Part shown: positions 18,337 to 28,800 of the stretch, piece after piece
Layout: each line of letters starts with the position of its first letter
Position numbering within the stretch: the first letter of the stretch is position 1
Assembly (NCBI GenBank): GCA_041659325.1
Contig: JBAZYN010000003.1
Span: forward strand, 7,296 to 71,295
DNA length: 64,000 bases
Source of the DNA: Candidatus Shapirobacteria bacterium
GTDB taxonomy: Bacteria > Patescibacteriota > Microgenomatia > UBA12405
Reading direction: 5' to 3'
Notes under the pieces: generated by a model
What the model saw: the letters and a program-made list of their open reading frames with translations, nothing else
The model's database searches: none
Told to the model about the DNA's origin: nothing
Translations under genes and position numbers: made by a program

Positions 18337-18822
18337 CTATAAATAACTACCAAATCGAATGAAATGACAAGTGTAACCATTTGGATTTTTCTGAAGATAA
18401 TCCTGGTGATATTTTTCGGCCGGGTAAAATTCTTTTAGGGGCTCGAGGGTGGTAACTACGGTGTTTTTCCAGCGCCCGGATTTGTTAACGATTTTTATAA
18501 AATTTTGGGCTACTTTTTTTTCCTGCAGGTTTCCATAAAAAATGGCCGAACGATAAGAGTCACCGAGATCGTTCCCCTGCTGATTTAAAGTGGTTGGATC
18601 GTGAATTTGAAAGAAAAAATCAAGCAGCTTTTTGTAGGAAGTTTGATCTGAATCATATTCTATTTCGACTGCTTCAGCATGGCCGGTGTGATTTTCATAA
18701 GTCGGGTTTTTGACAACCCCGCCGGTGTAGCCAACGGTGGTTTTGACGACTCCGGACTGGTGACGGATAAGCTCTTCCAGGCCCCAAAAACAACCGCCGG
18801 CTAAAATTATTTTTTTGATCAT
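18337..18822 (-). CDS. msrA: peptide-methionine (S)-S-oxide reductase MsrA
   Basis: GGCFWG active-site motif right after start [14 protein letters not shown]; ATGA overlap with msrB stop. Confidence 0.9.
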   Translation of the reverse strand: MIKKIILAGGCFWGLEELIRHQSGVVKTTVGYTGGVVKNPTYENHTGHAEAVEIEYDSDQTSYKKLLDFFFQIHDPTTLNQQGNDLGDSYRSAIFYGNLQEKKVAQNFIKIVNKSGRWKNTVVTTLEPLKEFYPAEKYHQDYLQKNPNGYTCHFIRFGSYL

Positions 18823-19178
18823 TTGACGCCCGGGATAAACTTTAAGGAAATTGAATTGACACAATGGCGAACATTTTTGTCGGTTAGCTGCTCACCTATA
18901 AATATATGGCCCAAGTGAGCGCCACATTTTGCACAGGTAATTTCGGTCCGAAGACCGTCTAAGTCTTCACTTTTTTTGACTGCCCCTTTAATTTCGTCGT
19001 CGAAACTCGGCCAGCCACAGGTTGATTGAAATTTGTCTTTTGAGTTGAAAAGCGGAGCGCCGCATTGTCGACAAACATAAACGCCGGTTCTAAATTCGTT
19101 TATATATTCTCCGGTAAATGGGGCTTCGGTACCTTTGTCGAGAATGACCCGCTTTTCCCTGGGAGTTAACTTTTTCAT
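18819..19178 (-). CDS. msrB: peptide-methionine (R)-S-oxide reductase MsrB
   Basis: Two CxxC zinc pairs and catalytic CGWPSF / [17 protein letters not shown]; TGTTAGAAT promoter box ends 6 nt before ATG. Confidence 0.9.
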   Translation of the reverse strand: MKKLTPREKRVILDKGTEAPFTGEYINEFRTGVYVCRQCGAPLFNSKDKFQSTCGWPSFDDEIKGAVKKSEDLDGLRTEITCAKCGAHLGHIFIGEQLTDKNVRHCVNSISLKFIPGVK

Positions 19179-19243
19179 AAATGTATTCTAACATTTTGAG
19201 GAATCTAAGCGGAATTTTATTATTCAGGTATACTTTGGTAGAG

Positions 19244-19960
19244 ATGAAGTATAAAAAAATAATATTTTTGATGGTGGTTATCGCAGGGGGGATAATTTTG
19301 CTAAAAAAATATAATAATAGCCCAGGCACTAACACAAACCCAGTGCCGGTAAGTGAACAAAAACCAGTGGTACTGCCGGAAAAGGTGGAGTGGAAGGTAC
19401 CGTTTACAGCCCAGGCACCACTCGGAAAATGGGATGATGTAAAACAAGGAAACGGATGTGAAGAAGCATCAATTATGATGGCCTATCATTGGGCAAAAGG
19501 AACTAGCATTAGCCCCGACGAAGCAGAAGTAGAAATAATTAAAATGGCTGATTTTTCCCTAAAGCTGCTCGGGCATTTTCACGATATTTCAAACGAAGAC
19601 ACGATTAAACTGATGAAGGAATACTATAAATATGACAAAGTAATTCTAGAAACGGAAATAAATATTGAAAGGATAAAAACCAGACTAGCACAGGAAAAAA
19701 TTTTGGTAGTGGCGGTAAACGGAGATTTACTTGGGAACCCTAACTATCAAATACCAAAACCGGCAAACCACAAATTGGTGATAACCGGGTATGACGAAAC
19801 TACGAAAGAATTTATCACCAATGACCCGGGGACATCGAGGGGACAAGGCTTTCGATACAAATACGAAAAACTCTTTGAAGCAATTACAGACTACCCGACC
19901 GGATACAGGGAATCATTTAATCGGGTGTATAAGACGATGATCGTGGTGGAAAAGGAATAA
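19244..19960 (+). CDS. C39-like papain-fold cysteine peptidase domain protein, membrane-anchored
   Basis: N-terminal TM (start at MKYKKIIFLMVV), candidate catalytic Cys in QGNGCEEASIMMAYHW and His in ANHKLVITGYD. Confidence 0.45.
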   Translation: MKYKKIIFLMVVIAGGIILLKKYNNSPGTNTNPVPVSEQKPVVLPEKVEWKVPFTAQAPLGKWDDVKQGNGCEEASIMMAYHWAKGTSISPDEAEVEIIKMADFSLKLLGHFHDISNEDTIKLMKEYYKYDKVILETEINIERIKTRLAQEKILVVAVNGDLLGNPNYQIPKPANHKLVITGYDETTKEFITNDPGTSRGQGFRYKYEKLFEAITDYPTGYRESFNRVYKTMIVVEKE

Positions 19961-20062
19961 AGTTTACCTACTTCTTACATAGTTTTTGTATATCTCTTTG
20001 AATTGGCCGGTAGTCTACTAGTATCTTAGATAGTTTAGTTAGACACAAGACAAAATAAAATT

Positions 20063-20539
20063 ATGATACAAAAAATTGTCCCTAATTTATGGTTTGACGA
20101 TCAGGCGTTGGCGGCGGCGAATTTTTATACTTCTGTGTTTAAGAGTTCAAAAATCGTCAATGTTATGCATTACGGTAAAGCAAGTTCAGAGGTATCGGGA
20201 AAGGTCGAGGGGAGCGTGATGGCGGTAGAATTTGAAATTGAAGGCCAAAGATTTGTGGCTTTAAACGGTGGCTCCGAATTTAAATTTAACGAGTCGATTT
20301 CGTTTATTGTAAATTGTGAGAATCAGGAAGAAATTGATATGTACTGGCGGAGTCTAACTGAGGGCGGTCAGGAGAGCGTTTGCGGTTGGCTTAAAGATAA
20401 ATTCGGAGTATCGTGGCAAATTGTACCGACTGTTATCGACGAATTATTAAGCGATCCTGATCCTGAAAGAGCGGAAAGGGTAATGAGGAAGTTTCTGGAA
20501 ATGAAAAAGATAGACATTAACAGTTTGATCGATGCGTAA
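20063..20539 (+). CDS. VOC-family protein (PhnB-like)
   Basis: MIQKIVPNLWFDDQALAAANFYTSVF N-terminus characteristic of PhnB/3-demethylubiquinone MT-like VOC proteins. Confidence 0.65.
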   Translation: MIQKIVPNLWFDDQALAAANFYTSVFKSSKIVNVMHYGKASSEVSGKVEGSVMAVEFEIEGQRFVALNGGSEFKFNESISFIVNCENQEEIDMYWRSLTEGGQESVCGWLKDKFGVSWQIVPTVIDELLSDPDPERAERVMRKFLEMKKIDINSLIDA

Positions 20540-20858
20540 AGTTAAATATTTAAATATAAAAATGACTAAAATATCATGGAGAAAAATAAAAGAAACAGTA
20601 ATCACCGGAGTAATGCTTTTCGGACCGCTTTTGATGATGCAGTATTTGTGGGTAGGCCATATAGGCATAAGGTAAGTAGTAGAGAGAGATATTTTGTTCT
20701 GCCGGATTTCTTACATATCTTTGATGCGGAATTGCTGTGAATAAGTTTTAATTATATATTATTATAAGAATCTTTTCGTGAAAAAAAATTTAAAGGGTTT
20801 GTTGAGTAAAATAAGGAAATTGAGGGTTAATTTGCAAAAGATTAAGGTAAAATAGGAT

Positions 20859-22649
20859 ATGCTGAGAAAAAATACACAGGCGACCGAAAAAGATATTCTT
20901 GATGTTTTAATGGAAAACACCGATGCTCATTTGGCGTATCTTGATAATAATTTTAATTTTTTGAAGGTAAATTCCGCTTATGCCAAAGGATCCGGCGTTT
21001 TAAAAAAGGATCTGATTGGCAAGAATCATTTTGACCTTTTCCCCAGCCGTGAAAATCAGAAAATCTTTGAGAAAGTCAGGAAGTCGGGTAGAACGGTGAG
21101 ATATCGGGCTAAACCATTTGTTAACCCGGTTGATCCGGAAAAGATGACGACTTACTGGGACTGGTCTTTGACTCCGATTAAAGATGGTGAGAAAAAAGTT
21201 ATTGGGTTGGTATTTTCTCTGATGAACGTGACGGATTATAAAAGAACTGAAGAGAATTTGCGAAGAAGCGAGGGTAAGTACCGTAAACTTTTTGATAATA
21301 TGGTGGATGCTTTTGCCTACCACAAGATGATCTTTGATCAAAAGGGGAAACCTATTGATTATGTATTTTTGGAGTTTAACCGAGCTTTTGAGGTGGCAAC
21401 CGGACTAAAGAAAAAAACCGCTATCGGGAAAAGGGTGACGGAAGTGCTGCCAGGGATAAAAGACGGTGATTTTGACTGGATTGGGAAATACGGCCAGGTA
21501 GCTAAAACCGGAAAAAAAATTAAATTTGAGCGATATTTTGAACCATTAAATAAGTGGTTTAGTATTACAGCCTACTGCCCGCGAAAGGGATATTTTGCCA
21601 CTACGTTTAAAGATATAACCGGACGGATTAATACGGAGAAAAAGTTAAAACACCTGGCCTCTTTCCCGCGCTTCAATCCCGAGCCAGTGCTAGAGTTGGA
21701 CTTTGCCGGACAAGTGACATATGCCAATGCCTCGGTATATCAAGTCCTAAAAGAAGCGTGGTTGGGTCAAAACGCCCGGTTGTTTTTGCCGACAGATATC
21801 GGTGAGATAGTTGATACTTTAAGAAAAAGAAATGGTGTCTCATCTGTTTTAAAGGAGGTTAAGGTGGGTAACAAATATTTTGATTTGAAGATTTATCACC
21901 TGGTGAAACTAGGCTTAGTAAGAATTTACGGACACGATATTACCAACAGAAAGAAGATTGAACAGCAAAAAGACGAGTTTTTTAGTATTGCCAGCCATGA
22001 ACTAAAAACTCCGTTGACCAGTATTAAGGCATTTTTACAGCTAATACAAAGGACGTGTAAGGGAGTATGCAACCCGCAAATGGGGCACTATCATGAGAGA
22101 GTGGCCGTCCAAATAGACAAATTGACACATTTGATAAATGATCTTTTGGACATAAGTAAAATTCAGAGTAAAAAAATGGAGATGGCCAAGGAAAAAATTA
22201 AGATTGACAAATTAATTCAAGAAGTGGCGGAAGATGTTCAAATGACGGCCAGTAACGGGCACGAAATAATTGTTAAAAGTAAGGTCGGAGCCACAATTTT
22301 GGGTGACTCTTATCGAATCGGTCAAGTATTGTCCAATCTGTTGGTTAACGCAGTCAAATATTCACCCGACGCCAATAGAGTGGAGGTTTCGGCTAAACGG
22401 AAAGACGGGATGGTAGTTATTAGCGTTAAAGATTTTGGACTAGGGATAGCAAAAGATAAACAAAAAAAGATCTTTGAACGTTTTTATCAAATTCAACCTA
22501 GCCCGGATTTTTTGGGAAATTTTTCGTCTCTTGGATTGGGACTTTTTATTTCGGCAGAAATTGTGCGAAATCATGGTGGGAAAATCGGGTTAAGAAGTGA
22601 AACCGGGAAAGGCTCAACTTTTTATTTTAGTTTACCGGAGAAAAACTAA
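20859..22649 (+). CDS. sensor histidine kinase with PAS domains
   Basis: H-box HELKTPLTSIKAF, N/G boxes (LLVNAVKYS; GLGLGLFISAEIVRNHGGKIGLRSETGKGSTFYF); cytoplasmic. Confidence 0.85.
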   Translation: MLRKNTQATEKDILDVLMENTDAHLAYLDNNFNFLKVNSAYAKGSGVLKKDLIGKNHFDLFPSRENQKIFEKVRKSGRTVRYRAKPFVNPVDPEKMTTYWDWSLTPIKDGEKKVIGLVFSLMNVTDYKRTEENLRRSEGKYRKLFDNMVDAFAYHKMIFDQKGKPIDYVFLEFNRAFEVATGLKKKTAIGKRVTEVLPGIKDGDFDWIGKYGQVAKTGKKIKFERYFEPLNKWFSITAYCPRKGYFATTFKDITGRINTEKKLKHLASFPRFNPEPVLELDFAGQVTYANASVYQVLKEAWLGQNARLFLPTDIGEIVDTLRKRNGVSSVLKEVKVGNKYFDLKIYHLVKLGLVRIYGHDITNRKKIEQQKDEFFSIASHELKTPLTSIKAFLQLIQRTCKGVCNPQMGHYHERVAVQIDKLTHLINDLLDISKIQSKKMEMAKEKIKIDKLIQEVAEDVQMTASNGHEIIVKSKVGATILGDSYRIGQVLSNLLVNAVKYSPDANRVEVSAKRKDGMVVISVKDFGLGIAKDKQKKIFERFYQIQPSPDFLGNFSSLGLGLFISAEIVRNHGGKIGLRSETGKGSTFYFSLPEKN

Positions 22650-23024
22650 ATGAAAAAAATTCTTATTGTTGATGATGATGAGGCAATTTTGGAAGTCTTG
22701 AAAGCGATAACGGAAATGGCGGGTTACGGCGTACAAACGGCAACATGTGGGGAAGAAGCTTTGACAGTGGTTCAAAATGAGCGACCGGACCTGATAGTTT
22801 TGGATATGCTAATGCCAGGGATTAGTGGGAAACAAGTGTGCGAATACTTAAAAATGAATCCAAAGACTAAAAGAATTCCGGTAGTGATGATTTCCGCTAA
22901 TCTAAGAGATCAAGACTTTAGGCAGAAACCCTGGGCGGAAGAATTTTTGGAAAAACCGCTTGATATGGACAGATATCTGAAAACAATTTCCAGAGAATTG
23001 GAGAAAACGGGGGCTATTGCCTGA
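22650..23024 (+). CDS. single-domain response regulator (CheY-like)
   Basis: ILIVDDDEAILEVLK, phospho-acceptor DLIVLDMLMPGISG, conserved Lys; TAAATG junction with kinase. Confidence 0.85.
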   Translation: MKKILIVDDDEAILEVLKAITEMAGYGVQTATCGEEALTVVQNERPDLIVLDMLMPGISGKQVCEYLKMNPKTKRIPVVMISANLRDQDFRQKPWAEEFLEKPLDMDRYLKTISRELEKTGAIA

Positions 23025-23682
23025 TGGTATAACCAAAGCCCCGAACACACTGGATTAACTTATGTTTGGATTGACCATCGACTTTTTTGCGAAGATAACC
23101 GATATACACATCGATTACCCGAGTCTGAACTTCAAAATCATAAGACCAGACACGATTTAGAATTGCCTCGCGGCTTACGACTTTACCTTGATTCATCATT
23201 AGGTACTCGAGCAAATTAAATTCTGTCGGACTAAGACTGATTTTTTTATCACCTCGGGTAACGTCATAGGTTTTGGTGTTGATAGTAAGGTCGGCAACGG
23301 TTAATTTGGAGCCTACTCCGGGTTGACGCAAGCGAGTCTTGATCCTGGCCAACAATTCATCCAGATCAAATGGTTTGGGGACATAATCGTCAGCGCCCAG
23401 ACCCAAGCCTTTGGCAGCGTCTTTTGGAGTATTTTTGGCGGTCAAAATAATTACGGGAAGCTCGGGGGAATATTGTTTAAATCTGGAGCAAACGGTTTCA
23501 CCGGAGATATCGGGCAAACCCAAGTCGAGTATTACCAGGTCAGGAGTGTTTTCTTCAAATTTTTTTAGGGCCTGGCCGCCCGTAAAAGCCTGGTCTACCA
23601 AGTAATTGTTTTCTAAAAGAAAAGTTTTTAGGGGGGTTTGCAAGTCTACGTTGTCTTCTACTAGAAGGATTTTACTTTTCAT
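23014..23682 (-). CDS. OmpR/PhoB-family response regulator (receiver + winged helix), orphan
   Basis: LLVEDNVDL...DLVILDLGLPDISG receiver and C-terminal winged-helix (VWSYDFEVQTRVIDVYIGYLRKK); convergent and overlapping 11 nt with upstream RR; no cognate kinase on its strand. Confidence 0.85.
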   Translation of the reverse strand: MKSKILLVEDNVDLQTPLKTFLLENNYLVDQAFTGGQALKKFEENTPDLVILDLGLPDISGETVCSRFKQYSPELPVIILTAKNTPKDAAKGLGLGADDYVPKPFDLDELLARIKTRLRQPGVGSKLTVADLTINTKTYDVTRGDKKISLSPTEFNLLEYLMMNQGKVVSREAILNRVWSYDFEVQTRVIDVYIGYLRKKVDGQSKHKLIQCVRGFGYTIRQ

Positions 23683-24063
23683 TGCTTGGATGGATTATAC
23701 CATTTATGCATTAAGGTATCTTATCGGTGCTACGTTAGGAGAATTTTAAAATTATGTAAGATATATGTAAGAGTAAAAAAACAAAAATCTTCTTACCGTT
23801 TTTTTACCTTTTAGTAACAGATCTTTTAACATGGTTTGTAAAAATGTAGTTAATTATAAATTTAGAAAAGCATGAAACAGACAATGAATCAAAGAAAAGA
23901 TGCGGGTGAGGATAGACTTAATATATTTTTTGGCGGCCTGGAGGGTCTAAGCAGTAGCGAGAAGGCAAAAGCCAAAGTGGTGGTACTGGCAATAATGTCG
24001 AAGTATTATGACAAGATCGCCGCGGCCACGGGAGCCGGCAAATATTGAGCCGGCAGGTAGTGT

Positions 24064-24098
24064 CACCATAGACCTATGGGAAATCTAGGTCTATGGTG
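24064..24098. promoter_or_regulatory. perfect 13-bp inverted repeat (caccatagaccta N9 taggtctatggtg) ~50 nt upstream of surface-protein gene
   Basis: Seen directly; not followed by a T-tract, so more operator-like than terminator-like. Confidence 0.4.
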
Positions 24099-24150
24099 GT
24101 GAGGAAGGTATCGGTGGGAATTTTGGGCGAGAAGTAATATACTCAAGAGA

Positions 24151-25356
24151 ATGAAGAAAGTGGGGATATTAACTTGGTTTGTAATAATTTTTCTATTTAT
24201 GCCCCTAAATAGAGTTCGAGCCGACGACGGCGGGCCGGATACCAATTTTTGGGTTAAGGATAATAAAATCACCTGTTTTAGCGTAGTCAACCCGGAAAGT
24301 ATATCCCCTGACTCATTTCTTCTTTTTGATTATTCCCGCTCTATTGGTGAAAACCTAGGGAAACCCTGGTCAATAATAGAGAAAGGCCGATGCTATCAAA
24401 TCGATAAAAGCTATGAAACATCCGGTCAAATTATTGGTGGAAGTGAAATCTATCAGGTTAAAATAGTTGATGGCAGCGAAAAAAAATATTACTCCGATTA
24501 CCACAACTTCTCTCCATCCCAAAACCTTCAAGAGGGAATTAATGTAACCCCGATTGAATGGTTCCGGAGGGAAATTGGTATCAGCATGGATGAGTATCTT
24601 CATTTTACCGGCATTCACGCCGAAAGTTTATTTCCTACCAAGTATGTGGCCGGCTACCCCTTTACAAGTTTTACTTCTAATCAGACCGAGGAATTTGGAG
24701 CAATTCTTGATGATGCAACTTTTATTGCTGCCGATAATCTATATCAGCAACTCGCCACCGGGCTTGAAACTGCCATCCAAACGTGCGATAGCCGGAAACG
24801 GATAGAATATCAATTTGAAGTCGCTTCCGATAAGAACCTTAGCCTGGGGAAAATTATTTGGAAACTTGAAAATAATTTTAATTATGTAATTAACCCTAAC
24901 CAATCCGATACAAGAGCGAGCAATGGTTATGAATTACCGCTGGTATTTGAGCGACTGCAACTGATGGGCTGCCAAAAAGCATTTGGAGAATACGAAACGG
25001 CGCATAAAAGTGACTTTGCCCGTTTTGATTTGCTAGCAGATCAACTTAGAGAAAAATACCCCACATCACCCGGGGGCTGGATTGGGCTAAACTTGAGTAA
25101 ACGTGATGATCGGGATTTGGAACTTATAGGGGCTTTTGCTAATAATTCATATGTCCCCGAAAAAACTTTGCCATTGCCAACAGTGGTTTCTGACAAAGAA
25201 ACTAAGTCTACGGTCTTGGATGAGCCGACGGCTGAGAAAAAAACCGATATTATCCGAAACTCGAACAGTTCCATTTTGGCTGTTTATTTTCTTATGCCTT
25301 TTATTGCGGCGGCCGGGATTACCTGGTTTTTCTTGAAAAAAAGAAAGCGCCACTAA
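24151..25356 (+). CDS. secreted, C-terminally membrane-anchored protein of unknown function
   Basis: Signal peptide MKKVGILTWFVIIFLFMPLNRVRA, C-terminal TM + KKRKRH stop-transfer. Confidence 0.5.
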   Translation: MKKVGILTWFVIIFLFMPLNRVRADDGGPDTNFWVKDNKITCFSVVNPESISPDSFLLFDYSRSIGENLGKPWSIIEKGRCYQIDKSYETSGQIIGGSEIYQVKIVDGSEKKYYSDYHNFSPSQNLQEGINVTPIEWFRREIGISMDEYLHFTGIHAESLFPTKYVAGYPFTSFTSNQTEEFGAILDDATFIAADNLYQQLATGLETAIQTCDSRKRIEYQFEVASDKNLSLGKIIWKLENNFNYVINPNQSDTRASNGYELPLVFERLQLMGCQKAFGEYETAHKSDFARFDLLADQLREKYPTSPGGWIGLNLSKRDDRDLELIGAFANNSYVPEKTLPLPTVVSDKETKSTVLDEPTAEKKTDIIRNSNSSILAVYFLMPFIAAAGITWFFLKKRKRH

Positions 25357-25694
25357 TGACTACCGAGCAGGAAATATTTTTGGCCTTTGCCATAACTCTG
25401 GTGACCGAACTGACATTGATTCTTGCCATTCAAAGACCGGGGGATTGGCAAAAATGGATAGCGGGGATATTGCTTATTAACTGCTTTACTCACCCCATAG
25501 TCATATATTTACTCCATTTTCAAAATTGGCCATATTTGTTGGTCGAGGCAGGAGTGATTCTGACGGAAGCGGTGTGGTATAGGAAATTTTTTTCAATAAG
25601 CCCCAGGCGGGCCATGCTCGTCTCGTTTGTGGCTAATATTTTTTCAATTTTTATGGGAATGGTTGCCAGAAAGTGGGTTGAATTTATGACCTAA
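25356..25694 (+). CDS. small integral membrane protein
   Basis: 112 aa, 3 hydrophobic helices; TGATG overlap with upstream gene. Confidence 0.4.
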   Translation: MTTEQEIFLAFAITLVTELTLILAIQRPGDWQKWIAGILLINCFTHPIVIYLLHFQNWPYLLVEAGVILTEAVWYRKFFSISPRRAMLVSFVANIFSIFMGMVARKWVEFMT

Positions 25695-25821
25695 CCACCG
25701 TCTTTGTGTTGTTTTGGATGGTTCGATGGCCTTTGCGATGTACTTGACTAAACACTGCTCTTTTTGGAAATCAAAAACGGTGGTGGGACGTATGTTTTCT
25801 AAAATTTTTTAATTATTTAGG

Positions 25822-28800
25822 CTACCAACACCACCAAAGGAAACATGTCTTTTGGGGTAAGGGGGTTTTGGCTGGCTTGGGGGTAGGTGTATCGGCCACT
25901 ACCAGGGAAGGGGGCGGTGAAGGTGATTGTTTTGAAGCCGGATTTTTGGAGGGTGTTTTGGGGCTAATAACTGAAACAATTTTGGAAATGATTTTTTTCA
26001 AGATAGTGGTTTTTTTGTAATAGGTTTGGGGTTTACCGGTATCCTTTTGGATAGTTTTTGCTTTTACTATGTTGCTCCACACCCCGGTCTGGCAGCCATT
26101 TTGCCCACGAAGCTTGAAGTAATAGGTGGTGTTGGGTTTAAGGGAGTTAACCGTAAAATTTTGGACACCTTCACGGGCCAGAGAGACACGGGCACCATGG
26201 TCTTCGGCTGTTGGCAGAGCGGAAAAACTGATATAGAATTCCGTGGTATCGGAAATGGGAGTGAAAAATAATTTGGCAGTAGTGGCAGTTACATTGATTT
26301 GAAATAAATCGGGAATTGAAGCAGGCTGAGGGTCGGAACAACCCGGAACGGAATTAGTGGCATTGGATGAGGCTTGACTGGTAGTGGCCGAATTGGCCGC
26401 GGGAGTCGCGGTTGAGGTAGGGCTAGAAGTGGGCGTTGAGGTGGGAGTGGGGGTTAAAGTAGGGGTAGGAGAGGGCGGGAGAGGGGGGCCAAAAATGCCA
26501 AAAATGGAAAAATCGGAAGTTTGGCAAGTAACCGTGCGACTGTTTTGATTGACAGTGCAATTGTCTAATTCGTGCCAAAGAGAGCCATCGTGACGATATA
26601 TTTTGAGACCTGATTCATTGATATTTGTAACATCGTCGGCTCCGTAGGACAGGGTGATACTAAGAGGTAGCTCAAATTGGGAAATAGTTGAGGAGGCAGA
26701 TGTAAGGGCAGAAAGCCGGACTAGAAAATTTCCGATTAATTGATGATTGGATGGTGCTGAAATTGAGGCGATGATCGGGTCTTTGTTTAGCTGTAGCGCC
26801 TGGAAAGTAGCATTTGATTGAGAAAAGCCGGAGGGAATATTGACAACTAAACTGCCGTCGGAGTTGGAAAAGGACTGAGTTGCCCCAATATTTGCGGCAA
26901 CACTGAGAATATTTGAATCTAAAACCGTAGCTGAATTGGGACAGCCAGTGGTAATAAAACTGGCAATGCTACTTTGGCCGGTGGCACTATAAGCACTGGT
27001 GGAAACAGTCCGGTAATAATATTTTGTACAAGAAAGCAGGCTGCCAATTTGGACGCTATGATTATAAACTCGGGTTGAGATATCCTCTTCGTCGGTAGCA
27101 GAAGGAACTGAACTGTTGACACCAAAAACCACTTTAGATGAGGTGAGCAGGTCAGTGTGCCAGGTAAAAGAGGCACTATTATTATCGTAATCTGACAGTG
27201 AAACACTAGTTATGGCCGGGGGGGAACCGTCGGCAACATTGACGCTGGTCGGAGTAGAGAGAACAGTTTTGTCGCGGACCAGAAAATAACTGTAGATTTC
27301 TGTGGCCGGAGCCACCCAGACTTCGTCTGATCCTCCGGGGCCATAGTTGTCGTAAACATGATCGATTACCTGCCCCAGAGAGGCTTCTTTGTTGCCGTGA
27401 GTCAGAGTGTTTAACCAAAAATGACGTGAAGAAGAGGCGTTGGCCGACATCCAATCCATGATTGAATTGGTTACCGAATAATCGGTCTCGATACTCATAT
27501 CCCGGCCGATTTTAATTGTGTCTGAATCAACCGCCAAGGCGACCCGACCGGAATTGCTGTAACTGGCAGCATCTTGGTCAATTCTCATAAGGCCGTTTGA
27601 TTGCGATTCGTTGTACATTATACTGGTAGCGGCGGCCGTTCTCATAGCCAGAACATAGGCATCATACGCAGAGACAAAACATGGGGCGGCAAATCCCAAG
27701 ACTTTGTAACCGGGTACTGATGAAGCACTAACGATTTCCATTATTTTGTTATAGCCGTTTAGAATGGTGTTTTCCATAAATTCCGGATCAGAAATTTGGT
27801 CTCCCACACACTGATGATTATAGGTGTGGTTACTTAAGGCCCAACCCTGCTGAAGAAGGGTGGTCAAAACGGGCTTGTCATAGATCCAACTTTCGTTTCT
27901 GGCATCCTGAATGATATTGCCGATTAAATTAAAAGTCCCCCGCCAGTTTTTTGAATTGAGCAAGGCAACTTGGGCCGCCAAATTAACATTGTCGTCCATC
28001 CCGTGCGACCAGGCAAAGCTTTTGTGGTCTTTTAGGGCTGATTTGCTTACCGTAAATACAGTTGGATCTGAGGGATTTTTTATAAGTAACTCAAATGAAT
28101 TTTGGGGGGAGGTAAACCAAAGGTCGCCGGTAAGGGAGCTATAGTGACTGACAACCGTAGTGTCTCCGGTTGTTACGGTCGCCTCGTCAACTGTGCCCAG
28201 ATGGACAAGATAGGTCAACTGCTGATAATACAGACTGGGGACAGCTGACTTGTCGGCGGTAAAAGACAGGGTGTAATAAATCGGATTGGCTAAAACTTCG
28301 ACACTGACTGAAGCCTGGGCGGTGTGATTGTTGCCATCTGAGACAGTATAAGTAAAGGTGTCATCGCCTAAAAATCCGGCGGTGGGAGTATAAATGATTT
28401 GAGTGCCGGAGATAACAGCTGTGCCGTGGCCCGGAGCGGAAACCGAGTCTAACGTCAGGACATCATTGTCGGGGTCGGTGTCGTTGCTGAGCGGACTAAA
28501 AGTGGCTTGGGTATTGGTAACGATGGAATCGTTTTGAGGGGTCGGAGAGGAGTTTGAATACACATAAGAAATATCCAAAGTAGGCTTTGGCTCGGAGCCG
28601 GTGTAATCGGCGGTGAAAAAGGTGGAGGTTGACCAGGTAGTACTATTATTGTTACCAACCCATAACAAAATTGAATTGCCAGAGACCCAATCGGACCGAT
28701 TGATAACCGTTTGGAGGACCGAAGTTAGATCGGGAGAAGTGATACCGGTGCCGAAAGTGCCAAGAGGGACGGCGCTCCAGTCAACATATTGGCTAGTTAA

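Noticed and set aside
19090-19335. 81-aa minus-strand ORF across msrB start and the C39-peptidase start
   Set aside because: Spans a divergent promoter region and overlaps two better-supported genes.
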